Positions 53,701 through 64,000 of a stretch of 64,000 nt of DNA are shown here, piece after piece (positions within the stretch are counted from its first letter, which is position 1; each line of letters begins with the position of its first letter). Source of the DNA: Eledone cirrhosa (Eukaryota); the NCBI GenBank assembly GCA_964016885.1, contig OZ024751.1, positions 8,308,001 to 8,372,000 of the forward strand. The letters are read 5' to 3'. The translations under genes were made by a program, and so were the position numbers. The notes under the pieces are model-generated. The model was not told the DNA's origin. It was given only the letters and a program-made list of their open reading frames with translations, and did no database searches.

Positions 53701-54130
53701 AGTATAATATGCTTCCATCAGACACACATTACATTTTTTTTCTTAAAGATGTAAGAGGCTGTCCTGTCTATTATACTCCATTGGATTGTATAACTAGTGT
53801 TGGAATCTACTAATTGAGTAATATACTTTGCGAGCGAGGTTGAGAACTTGAGTTTTCTACTTTTAAAAGAATGGAGATAGGAATTCAATCTAGTTTTCAA
53901 TTCATCCGCAGTAGCTCCTATGTAAGATGTAATACTATTTTCTGTAGTGACTGTGCACTTATAGCTCACATTACTAACTACGAAATGACCCTGAAGTTGA
54001 CAGTTATTAGGGGTGCTACAAGTACACTTCCTGTTGTGGCTACTTACTATTGTGTTCAGGTGATCATGTAAGCGTGTGTTAGTAGGTATGTTATGAATGT
54101 TAGCGTTATAGTCATTGCCACAATTGCCAC
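53701..54130 (-). mobile_element. Hydra-type PLE GIY-YIG fragment
   Basis: CTCSTPNNCQLQG..NVSYKCTV..SYIGAT..LKTR..SLAKYI..QWSII, then CNVCLME after a frameshift. Confidence 0.75.
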
Positions 54131-54171
54131 CTTCATAAGCGTCGGTAATAGTAAAGGAATTAATATTACTA

Positions 54172-54479
54172 TTAACTTTGCCTTTCATCCTTACGGGGTC
54201 GATAAAATAAAGTACCAGTAATGCACTGAGTAAGTGCTGGCCTTGTGCCAACAATTAGAAAAATATATTTTAATATTATTATTAAGGGCGTCGATTGGCA
54301 GAATCGGTAGAGAGTCGGACACCATGCTTTGAAGCATAGTTACGGCCCTTTATGATCCGAGTTCAAATCCCGCCAAGGTTAAAACTTTGCCTTTCATCCT
54401 TACAGGGTCGATAAAATAAATACCTGTAATGTACTGGGTAATTGCTGGCGTTGTGCCAAAAGTAGAAACAATTATTATT
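54172..54479 (+). mobile_element. Two tRNA-derived SINE copies (3' half plus full copy)
   Basis: Family consensus at 54172-54260 and 54286-54479. Confidence 0.85.
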
Positions 54480-56272
54480 AAGATTAATGTCTGAACTTCT
54501 CAGCAGCTTTCCTCTGGTGAACGTGGCTTTGGCGCATTTATCTACTCCAAACTCCATTTCAATATCATCACTGAACTGCTTCACAGTGGATAATAGGCTT
54601 GTAATTGCTCATCATTTTTTTGTAAATAGTTTCAGGTCATCCATGTAGAACAAGTGATTAACGGTTTTGTCATAGACTTTATATCCATGTTTTGTTTCAT
54701 TGAGCATTTTCCTTAATGGTATAAATTCGATGCAGAATAAAAGCGGTAATAAAGAGTCACCCTGAAAAATTCTACAAATAATATTAACTACTGCATCTTC
54801 CAGTGATTTTTTCTTCACTATTCAAAAGGAGTGTTGTTTTCCATGTCTTCATACTGAATGACAGGAAGCTCCTGACAACGGGAGATTTTTTTAAAACCTC
54901 TAAACACTTTTCAATCCAACTGTGTGGAAAATTATTGAATGCTTTTTTGTAATCGATCCAAGCAATTAATAGATTTGTGTGTCTGTTATGACAATCTTCC
55001 AGTATCATTGTGTTAACCAACAACTGATCTTACAGCCATATGAGCCTCGTTAACACCCTTTTTGCTCATTGGGAAATAGATCATTTGTTATCAGGTGATC
55101 ATATGTATATTCAGTTAGGATTGATGTTAAAATCTTATACATTGTGCTCAAGCAAGTTATCGGTCTGTAATTTTGGGGATTATTTGTCTCATCATTCTTC
55201 AGAAGTAGGTATGTAATGCCGTTAACTAGCCATGATGGTATCTTTTCTTGCTCCTTAACTATTTAATTGTAAAGTAATTTATCCAATATTTTGGTATTTT
55301 GTCTTTCCCTGGAGATTTCCATTTGCTGGGTTTTCTAAGAGCTAAACGCAGATGTTCAACTGTTATATTTTCCCTTGTTTGCTCCTCAAGGTGAGCTGTA
55401 TCTTTCATTTGTCTATTCTATCCATGGGGCATGTATATTATGAAGTTTTTCTTCGGTCAGATCTTTTCCCAGATTCTTTGCACTCCCTTCTTGGGTGGTA
55501 TTGATTTAGCAGTTACTTACCAATTTTTCTGTAGATGTTTTTTGGTTGTTTTTGAACATATTATTCTCCTTATGGAATCTAGAGCGTGTTTCAAAGCGCC
55601 TTATACGAGCAGCATTGTCCGACATTTATTGCTTGATTGATTCTATCAGCATGTCTATGTCACTTATTGATTTCATATAGTATTTTCTTGTCAATATTCT
55701 AAGTTTAGTTTGTTTAACATGTTCACCTGCTTGGTAGTTTGCTAAAATGTCTATGTCAGATCGGAGAAGGTTTATTTGGCGATTGATGTTCTCTTGCCAA
55801 GTATTTTCTTTGGTGGGAATTCCTTTGTTTTTTCATTTTCTCTCCACATAACTGAGTGCTGACTTTAGCGGATGCATAGTAGAGATGATTTTGATAAGTA
55901 ATGTTTAGTTTATTTGTGATGATAAGGTTTTGAGAGCTATGCTAGTCTTGCATATTATCCTTTGGCTTTGTTTGGAGTTCTGGATCTTAGGGAGAGTGTC
56001 TCATTCCCCCATGTCAGATTCTTTCGTTTTACATCCAACCGATCATAATTTAATTCCTCAAGTTGGCGAGGTCATTCACATTCATTTATTTATCATTGAT
56101 GATCTCGTTGTTTTCATTATGAGTTTCATCTTGAGCATGCACTACTTCCACTATTTCGATCTTTTCTTTAATTTGTTCTGCTGTCAATGATTTTGCCCCA
56201 ACCATAGGATTCGAAGTGTTACAATTTACCCCGTTTTCACTGACACATGTTTCATTTTCTCTTCGCTGATTT
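54480..56272 (-). mobile_element. Degenerate R4/Dong-type LINE, second family
   Basis: AWIDYKKAF..PHSW, IFQGDSLLPLLFC, HLFYMDDLKLF, DIEMEFGVDKCA; many stops; 3' part lost at a SINE. Confidence 0.8.
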
Positions 56273-56456
56273 TATGATTATTATTATTATTGTTCTTTGA
56301 GTCTCAGTCATTGATGTTAGTTAACTGGAAAGTGTGTTGAAATGAATATCAAGCCAATACCTGCAGCCTCAGATATTCATGACGTATCGGATAGTTCTTG
56401 CTGTTCCCAGCAATCATGTCTTTTGAAGCGTTCCAAAAAGCGTGGCGGGGCCAAAT
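56273..56456 (-). mobile_element. Short 3'-end fragment of an R4/Dong-type LINE
   Basis: Nearly identical to 59700-59870; (TAA)n tail. Confidence 0.85.
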
Positions 56457-59400
56457 TATTATTACTATTATTATCATTGTTGTTATTCCTTGAATCTCAG
56501 TCATTGATGTTGGTTAACCGGAAAGTCCGTTGGATTGAATATCAAGCCACTACCTGCAGCCTCAGATATTCAGGACGTATCGGAGGGTTCTTGCTGTTCC
56601 AAGCAAGCATGCCTTTTGAAGCGTTCCAAAAAGCGTGAAGGGGCCGATCTTCTTTAACCATCCCTGGAAACCTTTGGAGATAGTCCCCAGTGCGCCTATG
56701 ACAATCGGGATCACTTTGACTTCATGGCAGTTCCAAATCCTTTTCACCTCCCACTTTAGGTCCTGGTATCGGTTAATTTTCTCCCTCTCCTTCTCTTGCA
56801 CTCTCGTGTCGAACGGGCAGGCCACATCCACAATCAGACACGATCTTTTTTCTTTGTCCACAACCACCAGGTCAGGTCTATTGTGTTCCAGTTTTTTGTC
56901 CGTCTGTATCCCCAAATCCCACAGCACCTTCACCTGATTGTTCTCCATCACCGCCTCTGGCCTATGCTCATACCATTTCTCAGAATGTGGTAAATTGTTT
57001 ACTTTGCACAGGTGCCAGTGGATCACCCTGCCCATTACATCGTGTCTCCAGCCCTTATAGTGGGTCTGGGCTAGGTGTTTGCACTCGGACACAATGTGAG
57101 CCACAGTCTCCTCTCTCTCTCCGCAGATCCTGCACAGTGGGCTAGCCCCCTCCTTGTAAATATGGTGCTTCAACCACTTCGTTTTGAGGGCCTGCTCCTG
57201 CGCAGCCATTAGCATTCCTTCTGTAGCCTTTTTAAGGTCTCCTCTTCTCAACCAGTTCCATGTCTGTGGATCTCTAAATTCAGTTTTCTCAAAGAAGGTA
57301 CTATGAAGGGATTTTCCCTTAAGGCTGCTCTTCCTCCTTGATGTTATTTCCTCCTTGGACATCCCCTGGCCTACTGTCCTCTCCTTCAGTACAGTTCTGA
57401 GCATTGGCTCCTTACTATAGGTCACGTATTTGTATAGGTTGTTTTTCTCCATCTGAACACAGTCCTCTATGCTGATAAGACCTCTTCCACCCTCAGATCT
57501 CATTAGGTAGAGTCTATCGACATCACTCCTCTTGTGGAACATGTTGTAGATAGTCAATAGCTTCCTAGTCTTCCTATCCATTTCTTTTTGTTCAGCAACA
57601 TTCCATCTCAGAATTCCCGCACTGTACCTAATAATAGACACAGCTCGGGAATTTACTGCGCTTATGGCATTTCTGCTGTTCAGATGTGACTTCAATACGC
57701 TCCTTACTCTCCGAATGTATTCAGTTCTTAACAATTCCTTCATTTTTTTGTTCTTTATGCCATCAGCCTCCAGAACGCCCAAATACTTGTATCCTTCCTC
57801 AGAGTCAATTTCCTTTATCATCTCACCTGTTGGTATCTGGATCCCGTTACTTCTGCTCAACCTACCCCTCCTCATCACAATGACTCCACATTTACCAATA
57901 CCAAACTGCATACATATATCACTGCTGAAAATACGGACAGTGTCAACAAGCACATCCAACTCCTTCTCACTTTTCCCGAAGAGCTTAAGATCGTCCATGA
58001 AGAGGAGGTGATTGATGGTAAGCTCTCCCCTTCCCAACTTGTATCCTGCTCTCACTTTTCGCAGCATAATGGTCAAGGGCATCAGGGCAAGGACAAACAA
58101 CAGAGGGGACAGGCTATCTCCCTGGAAGATACCACTCTTGATCTTCACGCTTCCCAAGGATACTCCAGTTGATGTCAACTCTGTCTCCCAGGACCCCATA
58201 CTCCTGCCTAGCAACTGTCTGATGTTATCTGCCACCCTGAAGATCTCCAGGCTTTTGGTGATCCAAGAATGAGGCACCATGTCAAATGCCTTTCTGTAGT
58301 CTATCCATCCCATGGCAAGATCAGTGTGTCTCCTCCTGCAATTCCCCATTACCATCTTATCAATAAGTAACTGGTCCTTTGTACCACGTGACTTCTTTCG
58401 GCATCCTTTCTGTTCGTCCGGTAACAAGTTGTTTGTGTGGAGGTGATGGTAGATTTCCTCAGACACAATGCTCGTCAACAGTTTCCACATTACGGACAGA
58501 CATGTGATAGGTCTATAGTTGGTAACATCATTACCCTTGATTCGGTCTTTCATTATCAGAACTGTGGTACCTTTTGTCAACCACTCTGGCACCTCACCCG
58601 ACACCAAGCAGTCATTGAACATGGCCGTCAGCTTCGGGTGGAGGGATGTTAAATGTTTAATCCAATACCCCTGCACACCATCTGGGCCTGGTGATTTCCA
58701 GTTGGTTAGTTTTTTGGCCTGCCCCTTAAGAGTTTCAACTGTGATACTCAAATCAGTTTGTTGTTGTGCCTGCTCACCGATCTCCCTCTGTACTGTCTCA
58801 ATCCACCCTGCCTGGACATTATGTCTAACATCCTGCTCCCATATTCCTCTCCAGAATGTTTTAGTTTGCTCCGCCCCAGTGATCAAGTCGTTGCCTCTTT
58901 CTTTCCCCTCAAGCTGTCCAAACAGCATCTTCTGGTTGTTGTCGAACATGCGGTTCTGTTTATACTGACTGACTCTGTTCTCGTATCGCCTGATTTTTGC
59001 ACTCTTTGCTACAATGCGTTGCTTCAGTTCCTCTATGATAATATTTAGCTTTTTCCTCTTAGTTTTGTATTTTATTTCCAGTCTATTTTTAGTGCCTATG
59101 TTTTTTAGTGTCCCATTCAGTAGTGACTCAAGCTTTCCTATGTCATTTCTCATTTCCCCGATTTGCCCACTCAGTCGCTTCTTCCACCACGGCTCTGCTC
59201 TTTCTTGTCTGTTGTTTCCTCTCGCTTTTATACCAAGTAGTTTCCTCACCGTATTTGCTGTTGCTTTGAGGATATTGTTGCACTGGTGAAGGCTCCTCGC
59301 CTCAAGGTATGGGATGACTTTGTTTACTTTAGCTGTTGTTTCTTTTAACTTTTTCCCGTCTACAAATCTTAGGTTCATAGGTCTCCCACTATCATTGTTC

Positions 59401-59660
59401 AATTCATCTACCACTAAATTTAGGATGTCAACCGAATCTTGTCCTAGCCCGTCAGCATTCATCTCTTCAGTGGCCGTATCTCTGTTCCAGGTATTATTTA
59501 TCTCAGTATTCAGATCATTGTCTGTTTCGGGTGGTTCCTCCGTTCTCTTGACCTCTTCACCTTCATTTCCCACTGGCTCGCTTGTCTGGCATACTACACC
59601 CGCCATCTCCAAGCCATTCTCTCTGCTCAGTTCCTCCAGTTCCAGCTCGCTTATCCACTT
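56457..59660 (-). mobile_element. R4/Dong-type RLE LINE, 5'-truncated, apparently young
   Basis: Uninterrupted ORF, short 3' UTR, (TAA)n at both junctions. Confidence 0.92.
56562..59612 (-). CDS. Non-LTR retrotransposon polyprotein: RT, CCHC zinc knuckle, restriction-like endonuclease
   Basis: WKSPGPDG, NYRPITCL, QGDSLSPLLF, FMDD, YKYLGVLE, CRICGEREETVAHIVSEC, RHD, RPDLVVVD..VDVACPFD..K..RY; the true N-terminus is missing and the frame runs up to the (TAA)n junction. Confidence 0.9.
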   Translation of the reverse strand: MEMAGVVCQTSEPVGNEGEEVKRTEEPPETDNDLNTEINNTWNRDTATEEMNADGLGQDSVDILNLVVDELNNDSGRPMNLRFVDGKKLKETTAKVNKVIPYLEARSLHQCNNILKATANTVRKLLGIKARGNNRQERAEPWWKKRLSGQIGEMRNDIGKLESLLNGTLKNIGTKNRLEIKYKTKRKKLNIIIEELKQRIVAKSAKIRRYENRVSQYKQNRMFDNNQKMLFGQLEGKERGNDLITGAEQTKTFWRGIWEQDVRHNVQAGWIETVQREIGEQAQQQTDLSITVETLKGQAKKLTNWKSPGPDGVQGYWIKHLTSLHPKLTAMFNDCLVSGEVPEWLTKGTTVLIMKDRIKGNDVTNYRPITCLSVMWKLLTSIVSEEIYHHLHTNNLLPDEQKGCRKKSRGTKDQLLIDKMVMGNCRRRHTDLAMGWIDYRKAFDMVPHSWITKSLEIFRVADNIRQLLGRSMGSWETELTSTGVSLGSVKIKSGIFQGDSLSPLLFVLALMPLTIMLRKVRAGYKLGRGELTINHLLFMDDLKLFGKSEKELDVLVDTVRIFSSDICMQFGIGKCGVIVMRRGRLSRSNGIQIPTGEMIKEIDSEEGYKYLGVLEADGIKNKKMKELLRTEYIRRVRSVLKSHLNSRNAISAVNSRAVSIIRYSAGILRWNVAEQKEMDRKTRKLLTIYNMFHKRSDVDRLYLMRSEGGRGLISIEDCVQMEKNNLYKYVTYSKEPMLRTVLKERTVGQGMSKEEITSRRKSSLKGKSLHSTFFEKTEFRDPQTWNWLRRGDLKKATEGMLMAAQEQALKTKWLKHHIYKEGASPLCRICGEREETVAHIVSECKHLAQTHYKGWRHDVMGRVIHWHLCKVNNLPHSEKWYEHRPEAVMENNQVKVLWDLGIQTDKKLEHNRPDLVVVDKEKRSCLIVDVACPFDTRVQEKEREKINRYQDLKWEVKRIWNCHEVKVIPIVIGALGTISKGFQGWLKKIGPFTLFGTLQKACLLGTARTLRYVLNI

Positions 59661-62600
59661 ATTATTATTATTATTATTATTGTTATTATTATAATTATTA
59701 TTACTATTATTGTTCTTTGAGTCTCAGTCATTGATGTTAGTTAACTGGAAAGTTTGTTGAAATGAATATCAAGCCATTACCTGCAGCCTCAGATATTCAG
59801 GACGTATCGGAGGGTTCCTGCTGTTTCCAGCAAGCATGCCTTTTGAAGCGTTCGAAAAAGCGTGCCGGGGAAATTTTCTTTAACCATCCCTGGAAACTTA
59901 TTGAGATAGTACCTAGTGCGCCTATGACAATCGGGACCACTTTGACTTCATGGGAGTTCCAAATCCATTTTACCTCCCACTTTAAGTCCTGGTTTCGGTT
60001 AATTTTCTCCCTCTCCTTCTCTTGCACTCTCGTGTCGAATGGACAGGCCACATCCACAACCAGGCACCATCTTATTTCCTTGTCCAAAACTACCAGGTCA
60101 GGTCTATTGTGTTCCAGTTTCTTGTCCGTCTGCATCCTAAATCCCACAGCACCTTCACCTGATCGTTTTCTATCACCGACTCTGGCTTCTGCTCATACCA
60201 CTTCTGAGAATGTGGTAAATTGTTTACTTTGCATAGGTGCCAGTGGATCACTCTGCCCATCACATCATGTCTCCAGCCCTTATAGTGAGTCTGGGCTAGG
60301 TGTTTACACTCGGATACAATGTGAGCCACAGTCTCCTCTTTCTCTCTCCACAGATCCTGCACAGTGGGCTAGCCTCCTCCTTGTAAATATGGTGTTTCAA
60401 CCACTTCGTTTTGAGGGCATGTTCTTGCGCAGCCATTAACATTCCTCCGTAGCCTTTTTAACGTCTCCTCTTCTCAACCAGTTCCATGTCTGTGGATCTC
60501 TAAATTCAGTTTTCTCAAAGAAGGTACTATGAAGGGATTTTCCCTTAAGGCTGCTCTTCCTCCTTGATGTTATTTCCTCCTTGGACATCCCCTGGCCTAC
60601 TGTCCCCTCCTTCAGTACAATTCTGATCATTGGCTCCCTACGATCAGTCACGTATTTGTGTAGTTTGTTTTTCTCCATCTGAACACAGTCCTCTATGATG
60701 ATAAGACCTCTTCCACCTTCAGATCTCCTTAAGTAGAGTCTATCGACATCACTCCTCTTGTGGAATATGTTGTAGATAGTCAATAGCTTCCTAGTCTTCC
60801 TATCCATTTCTTTTTGTTCAGCAACATTCCATCTCAGAATTCCCGCACTGTACCTAATAATAGACACAGCTCGGGAATTTACTGTACTTATGGCATTCCT
60901 ACTGTTCTGATGTGACTTTAATACGCTCCTTACTCTCCGAATGTATTCAGATCTTATCAATGGCTTTATTTTTTGTTCTTGATATCATCAGCCTCCAGAA
61001 CACCTAAATATGTGTATCCTTCTTCAGTGTCAATTTCCTTTATCATCACCACTGTTGGTACCTGCATTCCGTTGCTTCTGCTCAATTTACCCATCTTCAT
61101 CTCAAGGAACCCACATTTACTTATACCAAATTGCATACATATATCATTGCAGAAAATACGGACAGTGTCAACAAGCACATCCAACTCCTTCTCACTCTTC
61201 CCGAAGAGCTTAAGATCGTCCATGAAGGGGAGGTGATTGATGGTAATATCTCCCTTTCCCAACCTGTATCCTGCTGTCACTTTTCGTAGTATAACGGTCA
61301 TGGGTATCAGGGCAAGGACAAACAACAGAGGGGAAAGGCTATCTCCCTGGAAGATACCTCTCTTGATCTTCACGCCTCCCAAGGATTCTCCAGCCGATGT
61401 TAACTCTGTTTTCCAGGACTTCATACTTTTGCTCAACAACTGTCTGTTCTTATCTGCCACCTTGAAGATCTCTAGGATATGGTGATCCAAGAAAGAGATA
61501 CCATTTCGAATGCCTTTTTGTAGTCTATCCATCCCATGGCAAGACCAGTCTGTCTCCTCTTGCAAATCCTCATTACCATCTTATCAATAAGTAACTGGTC
61601 CTTTGTACCACGGGACTTCTTTCGGCATCCTTTCTGTTCGTTCGGTAACAGGTTGTTTATGTGGAGGTGATGGTAGATTTTCTCAGACATAATGTTTGTT
61701 AACAGTTTCCACATTACGGACATACATGTGATAGGTCTATAGTTGGTAACATCATTACCCTTGATTCGGTCTTTGATTGCCAGAACTGTGGTAACTTTTG
61801 TCAACCACTCAGTTACATCACCTGACATCAAGAAGTCATTGAACATGGTTATCAGTTTCGGGTGGAGGGATGTTATATGTTTAATCCAATACCCCTGCGC
61901 ACCATCTGGGCCTGGTGATTTCCAGTTGGTGAGTTTTTTAGCCTGCCCCTTAAGAATTTCAGCTGTGATACTCAAATCAGTTTGTTGGTGTGCCTGTTTA
62001 CTAATCTCCTTTTGTACTGTCTCAATGCACACTCCCTGATCATTATGTTTAACATCCTGCTCCCATCTTCCTCTCCAGAATGTCTTAGTTTGTTCCGCCT
62101 CAGGGATCAAGTCGTTGCCGCTTTATTTCCATTCAAGCTGTCCAAACAACATCTTCTGACTGTTGTCAAACATGCGGTTCTGTCTATACTGACTGACTCT
62201 GCTCTAATACCGCCTAATCTTTGCACTTTTTGCAACAATGCGTTGCTTCAGTTCGTCTATGATAATATTTAGCTTTTCCCCCCCTAGTTTTGTACTTTAT
62301 TTCCATCTATTTTTAGTGTCTATGTTTTGTAATGTTCCATTCAGTAGGGACTCAAGCTTTCCAATGTTTTTTCTCATTTCCTTGATTTGACCATTCAGTC
62401 GTTTCTTCCACCATGTTTCTGATATTTCTTGTTTTTTTTGTTTCCTCTCGTTTTTATGCCAAGTAATGTCCTCACCGCATTTGCTGTTGCTTTTAGGATA
62501 TTGTTGCATTGGTGAAGGTTCCTCGCCTCAAGGTATAGGATGACTTTGTTTACCTTAGCTGTTGTTTCTTTTAACTTTTTCCTGTCTACAAATCTTAGGT

Positions 62601-63340
62601 TCATAGGTTTTCCACTATCATTGTTCATTTGATCTACCACTAAGTTCAGGATATCAACCAAATCTTGTCCTAGTCAGTCAGTATTAATTTCCTCAATCGG
62701 CGTATCTTTATTCCATATGTTATGTATTTCAGCATACAGATCATTGTCTGATTTGGATGCTTCCTGGGGTCTCTCAACCTCTTCATCTTCATTCCCACTA
62801 GCTCGCTTGCCTGACAAACCCCACTCTCCATTTCCAACTTAATCTCTCTGTTCAGTTCCTCCATTTCCAACTCGCTTATCCATCCATTAGTTCTTATTAC
62901 CCGGCCAATTGGCCTGCCCGGCCAATTTTTGTTCATCTAATTTAATAAACCAATCTCGTTCCAGATGTTATGCATCCGTTTCCTATAGCCTTTTCCCACG
63001 GGGTTACTCTTTAAGTAACATTCCATGACAGTTCTATTCAATTCTTTCGTCCAGTTGGTTCTTGTCCCTTTCTTTCTTCTGCTTCCTCCTCCAACACCAG
63101 CGGTATTTGGATGACAGCCAGGTCCCTGCTGCTGGTCCTGGGAGCACTTGCTGGGTGAGAGTGTTTCACATGACGTTCCAGTCTCCTCTTCACCGTTATT
63201 CGAACTGTTTAGGTTCGACATTTAAACACTCATATCGAGGATTGGTAAATGTATGGTTACATAACCACCGGTGATTTCATCACCCCCAGTGATTTCATCA
63301 CCGCCGATGATTTTAGCGTGGACCATCACGCTGTAGACAA
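59661..63340 (-). mobile_element. Near full-length but decayed R4/Dong-type LINE
   Basis: Collinear with 56457-59660 plus an N-terminal region (WTKELNRTVMECYLKSNP..GYRKRMHNIW); multiple frameshifts and stops; 5' boundary approximate. Confidence 0.88.
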
Positions 63341-63606
63341 ACAGAAATAAATAAACAAACAAATAGATAAACACTTTAAAAAATAAACCAGTTTCATTGT
63401 AATGTTTGAATGTCTGACTTAGTTTTTTTGTTTGTTTGCTTTTTTTTCCTTTTTGTTTTTCAAGGCGAGTAACAACGGTTACTACTGTTGTTGTTGCTGC
63501 TGCTGCTATTTTTGATTTTAGCTACGAGGGAAGTAGGGGTTGTTGCGTTCAAAACTCTTGAAATTTGTTTTTCTTTTATTGTTGCATTTGTTTTTGTCTG
63601 TGTTCT

Positions 63607-63660
63607 GTAATGTACTGGGTAATTGCTGGCCTTGTGCCAACAGTAGAAACAATTAGTATT
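63607..63660 (+). mobile_element. SINE 3' fragment
   Basis: gtaatgtactgggtaattgctggccttgtgccaacagtagaaacaatt. Confidence 0.75.
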
Positions 63661-64000
63661 ATTATATTATAGTTTAGATTTGACATCGTTTAAACTAAAC
63701 ATGTTTAGAGAGTTTAGACATACAACAACAATAATTTTTTTTTTGTTTGTGTTGTTGTTAGCTGTTTGACGGGGTCACTAAATCAGTCTATTTATATATT
63801 TTTATATCTTTTGGTGACTTCCTCGATTCTAATCATGTGTTGTGGCACTGCTACCATCATTCTCTTAACAGGAGGTAGTGAAGGAATAGTGGTGGTAGCG
63901 ATGATGCAGTGGTGATTGTTGTGATGGGGTAGTAATACTGTAGTGATGGCGTTGTGATGGTGTTGTTGTATCTAGCTAAATTGTTCGTGGTAGAAGTGGT

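Noticed and set aside
56635-59694. Multiple plus-strand ORFs overlapping the LINE ORF
   Set aside because: Antisense shadow frames with no recognisable motifs

Overview
Eukaryotic, AT-rich, repeat-dominated genomic DNA. It is very probably from a cephalopod (octopus-like); this is inferred from its tRNA-derived SINE families and the dense (TA)n/(CA)n microsatellites. No intact host gene is visible. The window holds: (i) at least three kinds of Penelope-like retroelement (PLE; RT + C-terminal GIY-YIG), namely an AT-rich Neptune-type family, a C-rich Neptune-type family and Hydra-type elements with the CxCx5Cx5C motif, mostly inserted in (TA)n and showing tandem or inverted pseudo-LTRs; (ii) a head-to-tail array of R4/Dong-type RLE LINEs joined by (TAA)n, one with an uninterrupted 1016-aa RT-ZnF-RLE frame; (iii) more than 15 SINE copies, an RTE fragment, a non-autonomous Helitron and a pogo-like MITE. 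The most notable hidden layer is a set of about 19 minimal type I hammerhead-ribozyme-like motifs from about 10 sequence families. They include family-fixed core variants (UUGAUAA, CAGAAGA) and two CUGGNGA motifs. Two ORF-less fold-back palindromes (~400 and ~550 bp) carry a hammerhead on each strand. Scattered minus-strand exon-like remnants (Sushi/CCP-like and C-type-lectin-like) suggest a decayed multidomain host gene underneath the repeats (low confidence).
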